The notes below the pieces were generated by a model, which saw nothing but the letters and a program-made list of their open reading frames with translations, searched no databases and was not told where the DNA came from. A stretch of DNA of 64,000 nucleotides from contig MU059044.1 in the NCBI GenBank assembly GCA_013265495.1, forward strand, positions 3,201,824-3,265,823, given 5' to 3'. Below are positions 50,421-62,990 of the stretch, piece by piece. The stretch's first letter is position 1. Every line of letters begins with the position of its first letter. This DNA comes from Vicugna vicugna (lineage: Eukaryota). Position numbers and translations under genes: made by a program.

Positions 50421-52199
50421 TGGGGAAACTGGCTCTTTTTGGGCTATGTGGGATATGCAAGTTAAGGGGAAGAGAGGAAATGTACCTAACGGTGGAAGAG
50501 ACATTAAAAGGTTGGGTAAGGAAGAGAGAAGACGTTAGGGAAAAGTATCAGAAATGACTAATGGAAAAGTTTAACCAAGCAACGCACACCACTTTCAACA
50601 AAATCTCTACTTTTGAACGCTTTTGTTGTTTGCTTTGAAAGTTACAGAAAAGCACTGGGAGTCAACTAAAGACAGGCACAGCTCAAAAGCAGGGACTGCC
50701 TGGAGGGCTGGCCCTGCGAAATGTGGCCTGTGGCTCTTCCTGGTCACGTGATTCTCCTGCATAAAATCTGTCCTTCTTTCCTACCTAACTGCAGGCTCCT
50801 CGTGAGCAAGGATCATTCTTTTTTCTTTGCATCTCCAGTTTCTTTCCATCATTTTCTTGAGTAAGTCCAAGTTCCTGAGACTAGAACATAAGGGCGCCAA
50901 GATTCGATTTACTTCCCAATTCTTTTTTTCTTACCACTTCCTCCAAAGCATTGTAAACTCCATCATTACCAAAATGTTCACAGTTCTCCAAATGCACCTT
51001 ATTCTTCCACACCCTCGTGCCTTCACATTTGATGTCTCCACTGCCTGCAATTTCAAAGCTCACCAAGCAAATATAAATTTTTTTTCTTCAAACCTCAGCT
51101 AAAGTATCTCCATGTCTTTGAATTAATCCCAGACTCTCATTTCTCCGCAGGCCAAATGAGTCATTCAGCCATCTTTGTGCATACCTGCATTACATCTATC
51201 CCCTTCATCATACTGTGATGTAGAGGATTATTGTCCCAAAGGTATTTAGAGCAAAAGATACTAGTAAATGTATTGTTCCACAGCTCAGTTCCTGCTTGTT
51301 AACGTTCTACAAATGAAACATTGGTCCATGCATGCACTTTTGTTTGACCTTTAACTGAAGGCTCTCCACTGAATGGATGAGTGTGTGGATGGATAAACAC
51401 ACACATGGCTTAAGAAATGGAAAAATGATTCGTGAGGTGTCTTAAGGAAGACTGCTCCTCTCTGTGCCCATGTTGTCTTGGCTCCCACACACTGAGGCTG
51501 CATCCTCCCACACCCAGACTATCTGCAGACGTAACATTCCTACCACTGCCTGACGGGGCCCTGTCCCTGTGTCCCCCTAGCCCAGACAGTGCAGCTGGAG
51601 ATGCTACTGCTTGGCAGCCAGAGCGCCTAAGGCAATGTCTCTGGGTCACAGACTCTCCCCTGCATGAGGCCAAATTATGCCTCTGGCATGATTCTTCCAA
51701 GCATGCTTCATAACTGGACCAGCAGATGTCTTTGCCCTCTTGCCTGTCATTTTTCTTGCCATGCACTGAAAGCCTTCCAAAAGGGCTAGACCCCGCACTG
51801 GGGACGTTCTCGTTGGCCAGACACTTGCACATTCTCTGGGGGTTTCCTTCCTAGTTCCATGGAGCAAACTTAGTGCCCTCCCCCGGGGAAGGGACCCCTT
51901 CAGAGAGCTCGCCCCCACTTCCAGGAGCCTCCTTTAGCTCTCTGCTTCCTCCTCCTATTCCGTTATTTCTCATTCGGCAGGCTTGACTTAACTCTTGTGA
52001 TTCTCTTGGATGCTTCTGCCACATATAGAGGTCTACCTCTCTCACTAGTCGGAGGGCTTCTGAAGAGTAGGAACCATCTCTTCTCATCTTGATGGGACCC
52101 AGCTTAGCACTGGGCAAAAGCTCTTCCTTAATAATTATTTGTTTCATTAATAATGGTCCTAAAACCTGTTATTTAGTAATAATAACTATATTATTAATG

Positions 52200-53620
52200 A
52201 TATCTACAGTTTATTGAACACTGGCAGACATAAATTATGTCACTTAATTCTGCCCCAAATCCTGATGGGTCATATTATTTTTTTTCCATTCTCCAAACCA
52301 AGGCTCAGAAAGGGTATGTGACTTGCCCAAAGTCACACAGCTTGAAATTAGTACCCACTTCTTTGATTTGAACAAAGACCTGACATCAAAACACATCTGC
52401 AGAATGAATGCAAGAGTAACTATGTGAATGTTTGCATTTGGAAGTAAATAAACAAATTAATGGAGCCTAAATATGGCAGTGTGAGCGTGATCATGTCATA
52501 CCCACAAATGCTGTAAAATTGCACAGCCCTTGTGAGCTGCAGGTGCCTGGGATCTTAGAAGCAAGAAGCTCAGGTACCATTCAGTCTCCAAATTGTTGCT
52601 CGACTGATGAAGAAGGCTGAGGAGTTAGGGTAGGGTAGAAGGCAGGGGAAAGGAGGAGGAAGTTGACAGAATTTTGCTCTATCCTGTTCTTTGGCTTGAC
52701 ACGCATTTTTCTCCAATTCAAAAAGAAACAAAACAGATCTCTTTTGCCTCCCTCTGCTCTTCCCAAACTCTCACGCTCCTTCCCACAGGTCCACAAAACT
52801 ATCAAATATCCACTGAAGTGGAAAAAAAGGAGAGGTTTTCTATACTTCAAGTCACAAGTCTGGGAGCACCTCTGGGGATGGCTCTTTCGAGAAGACTTGA
52901 TCTGTCACCTCAGTAACTACACCATTCTCCACGAATTCCCCCGGTGCCTCCAGCAGACATCGCTCTCGCTGGCGGAGGCGATCTGGGACCAGAGGACTCA
53001 TCTTACTGACACAGGGCATGGGGACTCAGAGCCCTCTTCTGTAAGTGGATTTTGCTTGTGCCCTCAAGACAAGGGTTGAAAGGGGTGTTAAGCCTTCTTG
53101 CTAAGCACACTGTGTAGCTCCCCCAAAGACCTGGCCTCAGAGGCGCGGAGGTCGTGGGCCCTGTGAGGTGGGTAGCAGGACTTGAGGGCTTCCAGACTTC
53201 CTCAGGGACTCAAAAGTCCTACATTCTCTCTGGTCTCTCAGAAGCTTTCATGATTGCCATTTTCTCATCCTCAGAATGTGCTTCTCTGGTCTCTTCATCT
53301 AACCCATTGCTACCCAGACTTGTGGTCTCAGCCCAAAGATCACCTCCTCCAGGAAGTCTCCCCTGCAGATTTGGTTACAGCAAAAGAGTGGTTCAAAGTG
53401 TGGCAGCTAGAATCCCTAGTCCTGGAGTTGTACCCATAACTATCACTTACGAGCTGTGCTCTTTGGACAAATTACTTTACCTCTCTGTGCTTTAGCTTCC
53501 TCTTTTTAGTATTAAATCGGGAGAGTAATGTTGTGAGCATTAACTAAGTTATAGCATATAAATCACACAGAACAGTCCCTGCCGTATAATAAGAATTCAA
53601 TAACTGTCAGTCACTGTCAT
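52200..53620. mobile_element. MIR fragments (minus ~52200-52390; plus ~53385-53620)
   Basis: aaggctcagaaagggtatgtgacttgcccaaagtcacacagc; ctttggacaaattactttacctctctgtgctttagcttcc. Confidence 0.7.
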
Positions 53621-56254
53621 TATCATTATGATTTTCCTTTACTGCACTTTTGACACTTGGAGTTATTTGCTCACTACCAGCATTTGCTCCCAGACTTCAA
53701 GATCCAAGAGGTTCAGTGAGAGTGTCTGTCTTGTTTGCCGCTAAATTATGACCGCTTCACACGGCACATCAAAGACTGAACAGATTTTGAATAATGAGTG
53801 ACTCAATCAATGAACTGAAAATCTTTAACCAACGCCCAAGAGACACCAGATCCCGCTAAGAATACTTATCATATATCCTTTCAAATCCTCAAAGCTTAGC
53901 ACAGTTCCAGGCATCTGATAGACAAAGAAAGAAATATTTTTTTGGATGGGCAAATGACACTTTTTTTTTTGCAAGGAGGTAGAAGAATAGTAGAAACAGG
54001 AAATGCAATCTCCAAGCTTGTGCAAAAAGGCTGCAAAGTGTTTGTTCTTGCAAATGCTTAACTTCCAGTGCAAATCATTTGGGATAAAGGGGCTTGCCAT
54101 GTAGCAACCTATGAAAACACAGAAAAGAAGCACAGCTGTGGTTGCCAAGTGAATGTGTTTCAGGCAGGTGAGAGCCGGTTGTGCTGTGAGAGGGGAGAAG
54201 CAGAAACTAATACCTCACTACTGTAATTAGTGAACTTTGGTTTCTGCCCCTGCTGTCCATGCAGTGCTGGTCTGCGGAAAGTCTTCTCCCTGGTACCCAC
54301 CAGGGGCTCTACCATCTTAAGATGTCACCATCTCAACACAAGACTTCAGGGTTTGCAGCACCAAGGGGATGAACACGGAGAATCACGCAGCCAGCAGTTC
54401 AGGGAAAGAAAAGGGGCCTTGGGACGTTTGGGCTCTGATTCTAGTCCAGCGCCACTGGATCTGAATCTTTTGTCTGATTCCTAGAAAGCAAAAGTCTTTG
54501 GAAGTAGAATGGGAGTGAAAAATGCATTATCTTAAAAGCCTGCACCAGAATTTCTCTTAAGGAGGAAATTGTCTTTTATAAGGGAAATACTTTAGGAAGT
54601 TTCTTGGGGTAGGAGGTGGGACTCTGAAAGCATGGATGTTGGCAGGAGCTCTGGGAACAAATAAGCCACTCTGCACGAGATGAAAGAGACAAATATAAAG
54701 GAGAGGAGATCTCGTTTGTTCCTAAGAAGGGGAAGATGGTTAAGAGAATCAGATGATGTTCTTGAGATCGAAACCATGCTCCAACGTTCCTCTCTTACAC
54801 ACACATCTTCAGAAAAGTCAACCAACACAAAGACAGCATAATGTAAGCCTATTGTGCATGAATATATGTGGGGTGGGGAGGTTGAGGTCCTATCCAGGCT
54901 GACCATGTATGGAACCAAGACACCATGCACTAGAGAGTAAGATATCCCATACAGCAAGGAAGCCAAAGACTAGTGTCCAAGGAAGCTATGAGAAACGTAA
55001 AGTCCCCTGGGAACTGTCAGAAATACAGCAGAGTACTTTGAATTTCCGGAGACTAGGACGGAGGCCAAAATACATCTCAGTTAGATCACAAGAGACAGGA
55101 AGAGTCTAGCTGGAATCTGGGACATCTATAAATGAAAACATTTTTTCTCTAATGTTCTGCAGTTGTAAAAACTGCACGCTAAAAATAAGAGAGTTCATGG
55201 GAAGAACGGATTGGGGAAAATCATTCAGAACTATTTGTAACCGGAGACTCAGAAGACAATCACAAACCTCGTACAAATACAGAGTTAAGTTTGCGCCGGC
55301 GAACGTACCCAGACCAGAGTCAGTCCTCGGCAGCTTTACACCTGGGCCTCACGGCTCCTTGGACTAACAATTTCATCAAAATTAAAAATATGATCCAGGG
55401 GGTAACTCTTTTCCTGAATCCATCCCTTTAATGTGGGGGAAATGTCTCCCCAGATTCTCCAGAAGCTTAACATGTAGAAAGCACAGTAGCTCTTAAAGCC
55501 ATCAAACTGGCCATTATGTCTATTGGAGTGGCAGGGTCACTGTCTTCCGTGGCAAGCTCTTCCTTAATCATTGGAGAACTTGCTCTTCATCATGTCAAAG
55601 CATTAATGGGCTAGGGAAAAACTGAATGAACTGACGTGACTCGTGCATTACACAAACATCATGCCCTTAACTGATCACGTACAAGATAATTCATGTCAAT
55701 GGAATGTGCTGTGGCAGAACAGACCGTACCGACTACTTGCTTCTCTCCATCCCTTCTTTGGCTTTTTAAAGGGGATGATGGAGACTTTGGGGCATCTTGG
55801 AACCAACTGAATCATACATTTGAAGCCCTGTTTACCCCAGGGAGCATCCCTTGCAACAGAGCGGCAGTGATCTCGGACAGAAAGCCAGAGAAGCCGTGGA
55901 AACTTGCATCTTAAATATTCTGTCACTCTTCCAAGACTGAGTTTTGTCTTAGAAATTTAATTATAGTTTCAGAAACTTTTTGTTGTCGTGTATTCATTTT
56001 ATAGCCTTTTACTTATTCATTCATTTTTTATTAAATATGTATTAAGTGGCTGCTGTGTTTAAGAGAAGGAGACAAGACATGAATATATATTAATGTGTAT
56101 TGTTTTCTAGGCCACCTCCCCCTCTAGATTCTGAAATCACTTACATCAAATGTTCATCTCTCTCTCTCTTTGCCGTCTGAGTCTTGGCCTGGCATAGAAC
56201 AAGTCTCCATAAATCCTGGTGAATGAATGAATAAAACTACAACTTACTTATCTG

Positions 56255-56480
56255 GCAGTGAAACTCACATGCCTTGGATCCACAAGAGCCAAATTTGAAT
56301 CTTTTCTCTACCCACACAGATAAAACTTTACATGTTACTTAACTCTACTAGCCCCAGTTTCCTTATATGAGCAATGGGAACAAAAACAGTTGTGACAATT
56401 AAATGGAATAATGTGTGTTAAACAGTTAGCACAGTGCACGGCACAATTCATACGCTGAATAAACGTTAGTTTGTTGTTAT
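56255..56480 (+). mobile_element. MIR SINE
   Basis: ttacttaactctactagccccagtttccttatatgagcaatggg...gttagcacagtgc. Confidence 0.7.
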
Positions 56481-57799
56481 TACCATTACCATCATTTCAA
56501 ATGTATGAATAAGACATGCACCTTGCCCTCAGTGTGTATATATCAGTAGATCTAAATGACTCTAGATATCATTTAAGTAATCATTTTACTGGTGAGAAGA
56601 CTGACTCAGAAACGTAGAATGATTTGCTCCAGACAGATTTAATAAAAATCACTTAAGAAGTGACAGCACCGTGACGAGAAGGGTGTCCTAAATCTTACTG
56701 TAGACACGACACTTACTTGAAGACATACGGTTTCATGTGTTTTTCCCTGTGTGTTGCTGGTGTTGCCCTGGAGACCTGCAGCAACTCCCAAAAAGATGGC
56801 AAATACCATCATCTTCACGAAGCAGTAAGTGTTCATTAAGTTGCAAGAAATAGGAGTCAACGTAAACTATGTTAAATCGTAGAAGAGGTCGCTGGCTCAC
56901 GTGATCAGAAAGAGTGGACATGACAGGCTTCAGTGTGGGCTAATGCAGTGGCTCCGTGATACAACATGAAGGGCCTTGTTTGTATCTGAGCTCTGCTTTC
57001 CAGCATCAGCTCTGCATCCGAGGGCTGGCCTCCTATCACGGTCACAGAATGGGGATAAGCAGCAATCTTATGTCCAATAGAAAGCAAAGAGCTCTATCTC
57101 ATAATCATCAAATAACATGGTGAACTCTGTGATGGCTGGACCACCTCTAAATCAGTCCAGGTAATGAGAAAAATTTGATGTGCCAATTGGCTTAGACTTC
57201 TGGTATTTTCAAATAATCACTGTGGACAGCAAGGTGGAATTGACCTGATTGCCTTGGACCAATCAGAGCTTATTCTGTAGCTACGCCTGGGGGAAAATGC
57301 CACCCAAAATAGATGGCTGTTGCAGAGTGGGAAAGGTGCAGAATGGGGAGCTGACAAACCAAACCTTGGTTATGAGAGAGGAGGACCGAAAGGGATGCTA
57401 GGCATGTTGGAGCTATATTTAGAATAAGGTTTTCTTGATTCTCATGCAAGTGTGTGTTTTTCTGCTATCTGCTCACTCAGGAGCTGGGTCCATTTGCTAT
57501 GGATTCTATTTTTGCTCTCTGGGGTGAGAGTGGTATGGCTGCCAAAGCACTGACAACAGGGATGCTTTTCTCATTGCATCACTACTTGATACGTACTTGG
57601 TCTACGTGATGGTCTGCAAAGGATTAGAATGAGTTTGGAGGACCCCAGAGGTCAGAACAAACCTATAGTCATTGAGTGGATCTTATGGGAGCAGGTCAGT
57701 TAGAAAGAAGTACACAGACCTGGTGCTGTCCAGCTGCGGCTCCTCCATTTGCCCATCCTATCGTGACAGCCAGAAGATATCTAACCTCACCGAATCATT

Positions 57800-60700
57800 G
57801 AACTGCTGCCATGAACATCTTCTGTGTGCCTTTCAGTATTCATTAGTGTGCATTTATATAAAGCACAGTCCTAGCTGTAGAAACCTAGGTAACAGGGCAA
57901 GCCCACGTTCAACTTCACTAAGTAGCAGAGCCAAGCTGTTTACCAAAGCAGGTGTTCCATTTTCCACTCTCTCTGTGAATGAATGGGACGCTTATTGTTT
58001 CACATCTTTGGCATTAATAGATGTAATTTTTTTCAATTTAATATATTTATTTTGCCTTTCCCCAACAATACAGAGGTTACCAAATTTTTGTCATACCTTT
58101 TTCCTGTTCTGTGAAATGCCTGATTTTGCCTTTTGCTCATTTTCTGTTTTTATTTATTTTATTTGTTATTTTTATTTATATTTTTATTTGTTCCGTGGCC
58201 ATTCATTATATATTCTGGATACTAATCCTTCCTTGGTTGTACGTATTGCAGATGCCTACTTCAACTTCGTGGCACACGTTTGTGGTATCTTTTGATGAGT
58301 AGAAATTCTTACATTTAATGTACTCAAAATTGTCAAACTTTTCTTTATGGGTTGCCCAATTTATTTGAATCTTGTTTAAAATTTCTGTCCTTTCTGAGGT
58401 CAGAAAGACATTCTCTTATACTGTCTTCTATTAATTTAAAACATTTTCTTTCACATTTAAATCTTAGATCCATCTGGATGTGATTTTTACATGGGACATG
58501 CAGGAGAGATCCATTACTACATTTCCCTATGAAAAAGCACTTGTCAATATATATTGAAAAATAGGCCAACACTTCTATTGATCTGAAACATTGGCTTCAT
58601 CATCTATCATGACTCCGTATAGGCAAGGGTATGTTTATGGTACTTTATTGTGTTCTCTTGGAGTAATTGTCTCTTTTTGCACCAGGACAACAGATTACTA
58701 ACTATTATAGCTTCATAGTAAGTCTCGATATCTGGCAGGGTGAGTCTCTTTGCCTGTTTCTCTTCTGGGAATATCTTAACTACTAACAGGCTCTTGATTC
58801 TCCTTTACGATGATTAGAACCAGTGTATCATTTCCAGGAAAGTTCTTCTTGGGATACTGATTGGAATTTTAGTGAATTTAGAGATGAATTTGGAAGGAAC
58901 TGATGTTTCTGACATTGAGTTTTCCTGTCCATTAGCATAGTATCTCTTTCCTAATACTTGAAAATTCTTTAATGACTTTCATGTAACACTTTATAATTTT
59001 ACCATAAAAGTCTTGGGCAACTTCTCATATATTTTGGTGATTTTAAAATTTTGTAAATATTATTGGTTATTGAATTTTCAACTTGACTGTTGCTAATGTA
59101 TAGAAATGCAATTGATTTCTGTATATTGATCTTTTATCTGGAAAATTTGCTGAACTCTCATATGCATTGTAAGAATCCTCTATAGATTCTTTGTCATTTT
59201 TGATATAGAAGATCTCATCTTTAAGTAATTACACATTGATTCTTGGTTTTCAGTGCATTTATCTTTTACTTCCTTTTCTTGTTTTACTGTGTTGACTAGA
59301 AATTCCCAATAAATACAGAAAATAACATGGTAAATATTATTCTCATCTTTTTTCTAATTGTAAAGAGAACACATTAAGTGTTTTATGATTAAGTATGACA
59401 TTTGCTGCAGAATTTGTGTATAAATGTAGAAATAACTTTTTTTAATTCAAAATTTGAGAAAAGTTTCAATGTTATCACAGGTGGGTGTGGAATTTTGATG
59501 AATTCATTTTTGTATCCATTGAAGCAATCATTTATTAATACTTTCCCTTTAACTTGGAATGGGATAGTTACAATAATATGCTTTTCTAGTCTAGAAACAA
59601 CCAGGCATCTTTGGAAGAAACTCAACTTGGTCATGTTACATTATGTACTTTTATGTTTATGGATTGTTGGATTTAGAGCATAAGTGTATATTTAGGAGTG
59701 AGATTGCTCTGTAATTTTCTGTTACTTCAATAGCACAGTCCAGTTTTGACATTTAAGTTATGGAAGGCCTAAATAATTCATTGGGACATTTTTAAGCATT
59801 TAACTTACTTTTTTAAAATTTTATTGAAAATTTACTTATAGTAAAATTCATTCTTTTGGTATACATTTGGTATGGTTTATTTTTTCTATTTCAGCCCCCT
59901 TATAAATAGACGTGCAGTGGTATCTCAACCAGTGACTAATGGTGTTGAGTATCTTTTCATGTGCCATCCATATCTTCTTTGATAAAGTGTTCAGATCTTT
60001 TGCTTATTTTTAAAAATTGGGTTATTTGTTTTCTTATTGTTGAGTTTTAAAAATTCTTTATATATACACATGTATATATATGATAAACAAACACTTTGTC
60101 ACTCTTACAATACTGGTCATTCTTCAAGTTATGATTTCTTGCTCCATTATTAATTATTTTTAGAAATTTCAGGTAGCTAATTTGTGTGTGTGTGTGTGTG
60201 TGTAGAGTTTTTAGTTGTAATCAGTGCGAGAGTTATGCTATCAAGAACTAATTTCATTTCAGCCTGCACCAAAGGTCAGTCATTTTTTCTTCTCAAAAAG
60301 TTTTCACAAGAGATTGGAATGATCAGTCCCTTTATGTTCTGTAGAATTCACATATAAGACCAGCTGAGCCTCTGTGGGTAGATTCTAACTGCCCACGTGT
60401 TTTGGGCTGGTCGTAAGATCATTCAGTTGTTCTAGTCCTCCTTTAGCTGGTTTGGTAATATATCTTTGGGGGGGAAATTTGTGATTTTACTTAAGTTTTA
60501 AAATTGATCAGCATAGACTTATTCGTGATATTCTTTTTTAAGTCATTGTCTTATTTCTAATCATGGCTCTTTTTCATCACACCATTATTTATCTTTAGCT
60601 CTTCCTTTTTGGGGGGAGGGACTTGTTAATCTTGCCAGAGGTAGACAAACACTTTATTGTGTACAGAGAGTGACTTTATCTTCTTTTTTTTATACATTTC

Positions 60701-61370
60701 CATTCTACTTACTCCCTTCCTGTTCTCTTCTTTATAACTGCCTTCTGTCTGCTTTCTTTGGGTTTTTGTACATAGTTTGGTTGTAACTTCTCTCGTTGGA
60801 TGCTTGTTTCATTTATTTCCATCTATTTGAAATGTAATCATTAAACTTTACTCTTCCTCTCTATGTAATACTTTAGTTTTACTCCACATGAGTGTAGGTT
60901 TGTGATTAAAAAATTTTAGGATAAACTCTTGTGTCTATTAGTTGTATATTTTTAATAGTCTATGCCATGGGGAAAACACAGCCTTTCTTTTGAGACCCCT
61001 CTAGTTTCCAGTCCATTGTATCAGCCCTGCAGGATCAGCACATGCTCTGTTGGTTTCCCCACAAGAAGAGTCTATCTGTGTGTGACAAGCCTGACCCTCA
61101 GCCTGTATCTACAGTGGCAGGACCCTTGGGGAATAAGTGGTTAGCAATTGTCAACTCACCTAGAAAAGACTCTTTTCTCTCTGGAATTTTTATTCATTTA
61201 TTCTTCTTTGCTTTCACAGACCTCAGATGTCTTTAAAAATGCCAGCTTTGTAATTTACTAAATTTTTTTCCAGTTAATGCAGTGGGAATGTGAGCATGTT
61301 ACAACCTACGACATATTACTTAGAAGTAAAAGTTCTTTTTGCACGTTTAAAAATTATTTATCCTATCCTT
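57800..61370 (-). mobile_element. Old L1ME-type element (ORF2 3' part and 3' UTR), fragmented
   Basis: AT-rich antisense L1 signatures: ctgccatgaacat..., tcacatttaaatcttagatccatctgga, gattggaattttagtgaatttagagat, aatgcaattgatttctgtatattgatc. Confidence 0.8.
60183..60202. repeat. (TG)10 microsatellite
   Basis: Seen directly. Confidence 0.95.
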
Positions 61371-61374
61371 ATGT

Positions 61375-61990
61375 CTCATAAATTTGTATTTCTAGTCCTG
61401 AGCTCTCCCCTGATTCTTGAATTCATAATTCCACTGCCGTCACACCCTCCAACATGAACACCACACTTACAGTCCTCACTCAGAATATCCAAAATGGAAC
61501 CCCTCATGTACCGCCCCCACATCAGCTCAGGCCTCACATGCCCCCTGCCTCTGTTGATGGCACCACCATCCTTCCAGTCATCCAAACATCCAAGCTGTTT
61601 CTGCAAACACTTTCCATGCCACATAGTATTAATATGAACTGCTGTCTACTTACCTTATATCTTTAATCATAATGATCAGTTATGGAACAAAACCTTGACT
61701 CAAGATGGGCCAATCAGAATGCTTCACTGGGAATGTCATGCCTACATCTGAAATAAGAGGGCCTTTCTCACCTGAAAAGACATGTGTCTGTAGCTATTTG
61801 AGACCATGGTTCCACTCTCATGGGTAAAGCAGAGCTGAGAGGGGGATGTTGATGTGAAGAGAGTAGCAGAGATGAGGGGGGGGAGAGAATCCTTTTGGCA
61901 TCACTCTAGTCACCCATGTTCTCCTGTAGGCTAGGAAATCTCTATAGCCTTAGCTAGTACAAGTCGGGTTTCTGTCATATGCAACCAAGA
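61375..61990 (+). mobile_element. L2 fragment (~61375-61660) followed by MLT1-like LTR fragment (~61665-61990)
   Basis: ctgagctctcccctgattcttg...ttgatggcaccaccatccttccagtcatcc; gactcaagatgggccaatcaga...gggtttctgtcatatgcaacc. Confidence 0.6.
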
Positions 61991-62289
61991 GGGCTCTGAC
62001 CTCAGAAGCAATTCAACACATTTTATTAGGCTTAGGGTGGGGCATGAAACAGTAGCTAAGGGGTTAAAAAAATAGAATACTCCTAGAAACCCATTATTAA
62101 ATGGGGGATGGATAAATGAGACATACTCTGAAAAATGATCATTCTGTGAATGCTACCAACAGAAAGCACTGCATGTGTCACAGAGGGGACAGTGCCCTTC
62201 TGCATAAGGTCATCTACGGAGGCTTCGTGGAGGACAGAAGGAAACCACATCATGGGAGGCAGCTACGGACAGAGACAGTAATGACAGCG

Positions 62290-62525
62290 CATGTTAACTG
62301 AACGTTCACCACATGCCTGATACTGTTCTCAGTGCCTTGCGTGCATTAACCATTTAAATCCCTCAATAACCCTAGGAGGTAGGTAATATTATTCTCCCCA
62401 TTGTTTCAGGTGAGAAACTGAGAGACAAAGGGATTGGCCAAATGGCCGAGATGGCACCGGTAACCAGCAGCAAGGTGTGACTACAGCCACAGGCAGGCTG
62501 GCTCTTCTCTTAGCCACTATGCTGT
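62290..62525 (-). mobile_element. MIR SINE
   Basis: tttaaatccctcaataaccctaggaggtagg...ccccattgtttcaggtgagaaactgag. Confidence 0.8.
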
Positions 62526-62809
62526 ACTATGCTGTACTGCCCCCACCCCCGATAGTCAATCAGGCCTTGTAGCTGAAGCACATCACATGAGAAACATGAT
62601 CATGTGTAAGTTCTTGGTAACGACTCCCCATTTGTTTGGAGTAAACATTCCTACAGAAAAGAAGTAGGAGATAAGATTGAAAAGCTAGTTTGTAGGTCAC
62701 ATCCTAAAAGCCCTTCATTGCTATGTGAGTCTGGACTCAATTCTGTTTTCCTAAGATCAATGCAGCTAAACCACGATCAAGCCACAGTGCAGGTATCAGT
62801 CTTCAGAGT

Positions 62810-62990
62810 CACCGGGCACAACTGCTGAAGTTGTGCACTGCACAAAGGCACCTAGGTGCAGGGGCCAGTGGGGGCTGAAATCCAGCTTCAGAATCTCTCC
62901 AAATCAGGGGCCCTGCACAAGGGGTACCCACCTAGAGATTGCACCTTTTTATAATTTGCACAAAATACTATATGAACTAGCAAGGGCCTG
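62810..62990. mobile_element. hAT-Tip100-like non-autonomous DNA element
   Basis: tgcacaaaggcacc...ggggctgaaatccagc...tttttataatttgcacaaa...gaactagcaagggcc; subfamily uncertain. Confidence 0.45.

Noticed and set aside
4425-56610. Scattered AP-1 sites (TGA[C/G]TCA)
   Set aside because: Isolated heptamers at a frequency compatible with chance, several within MIRs.
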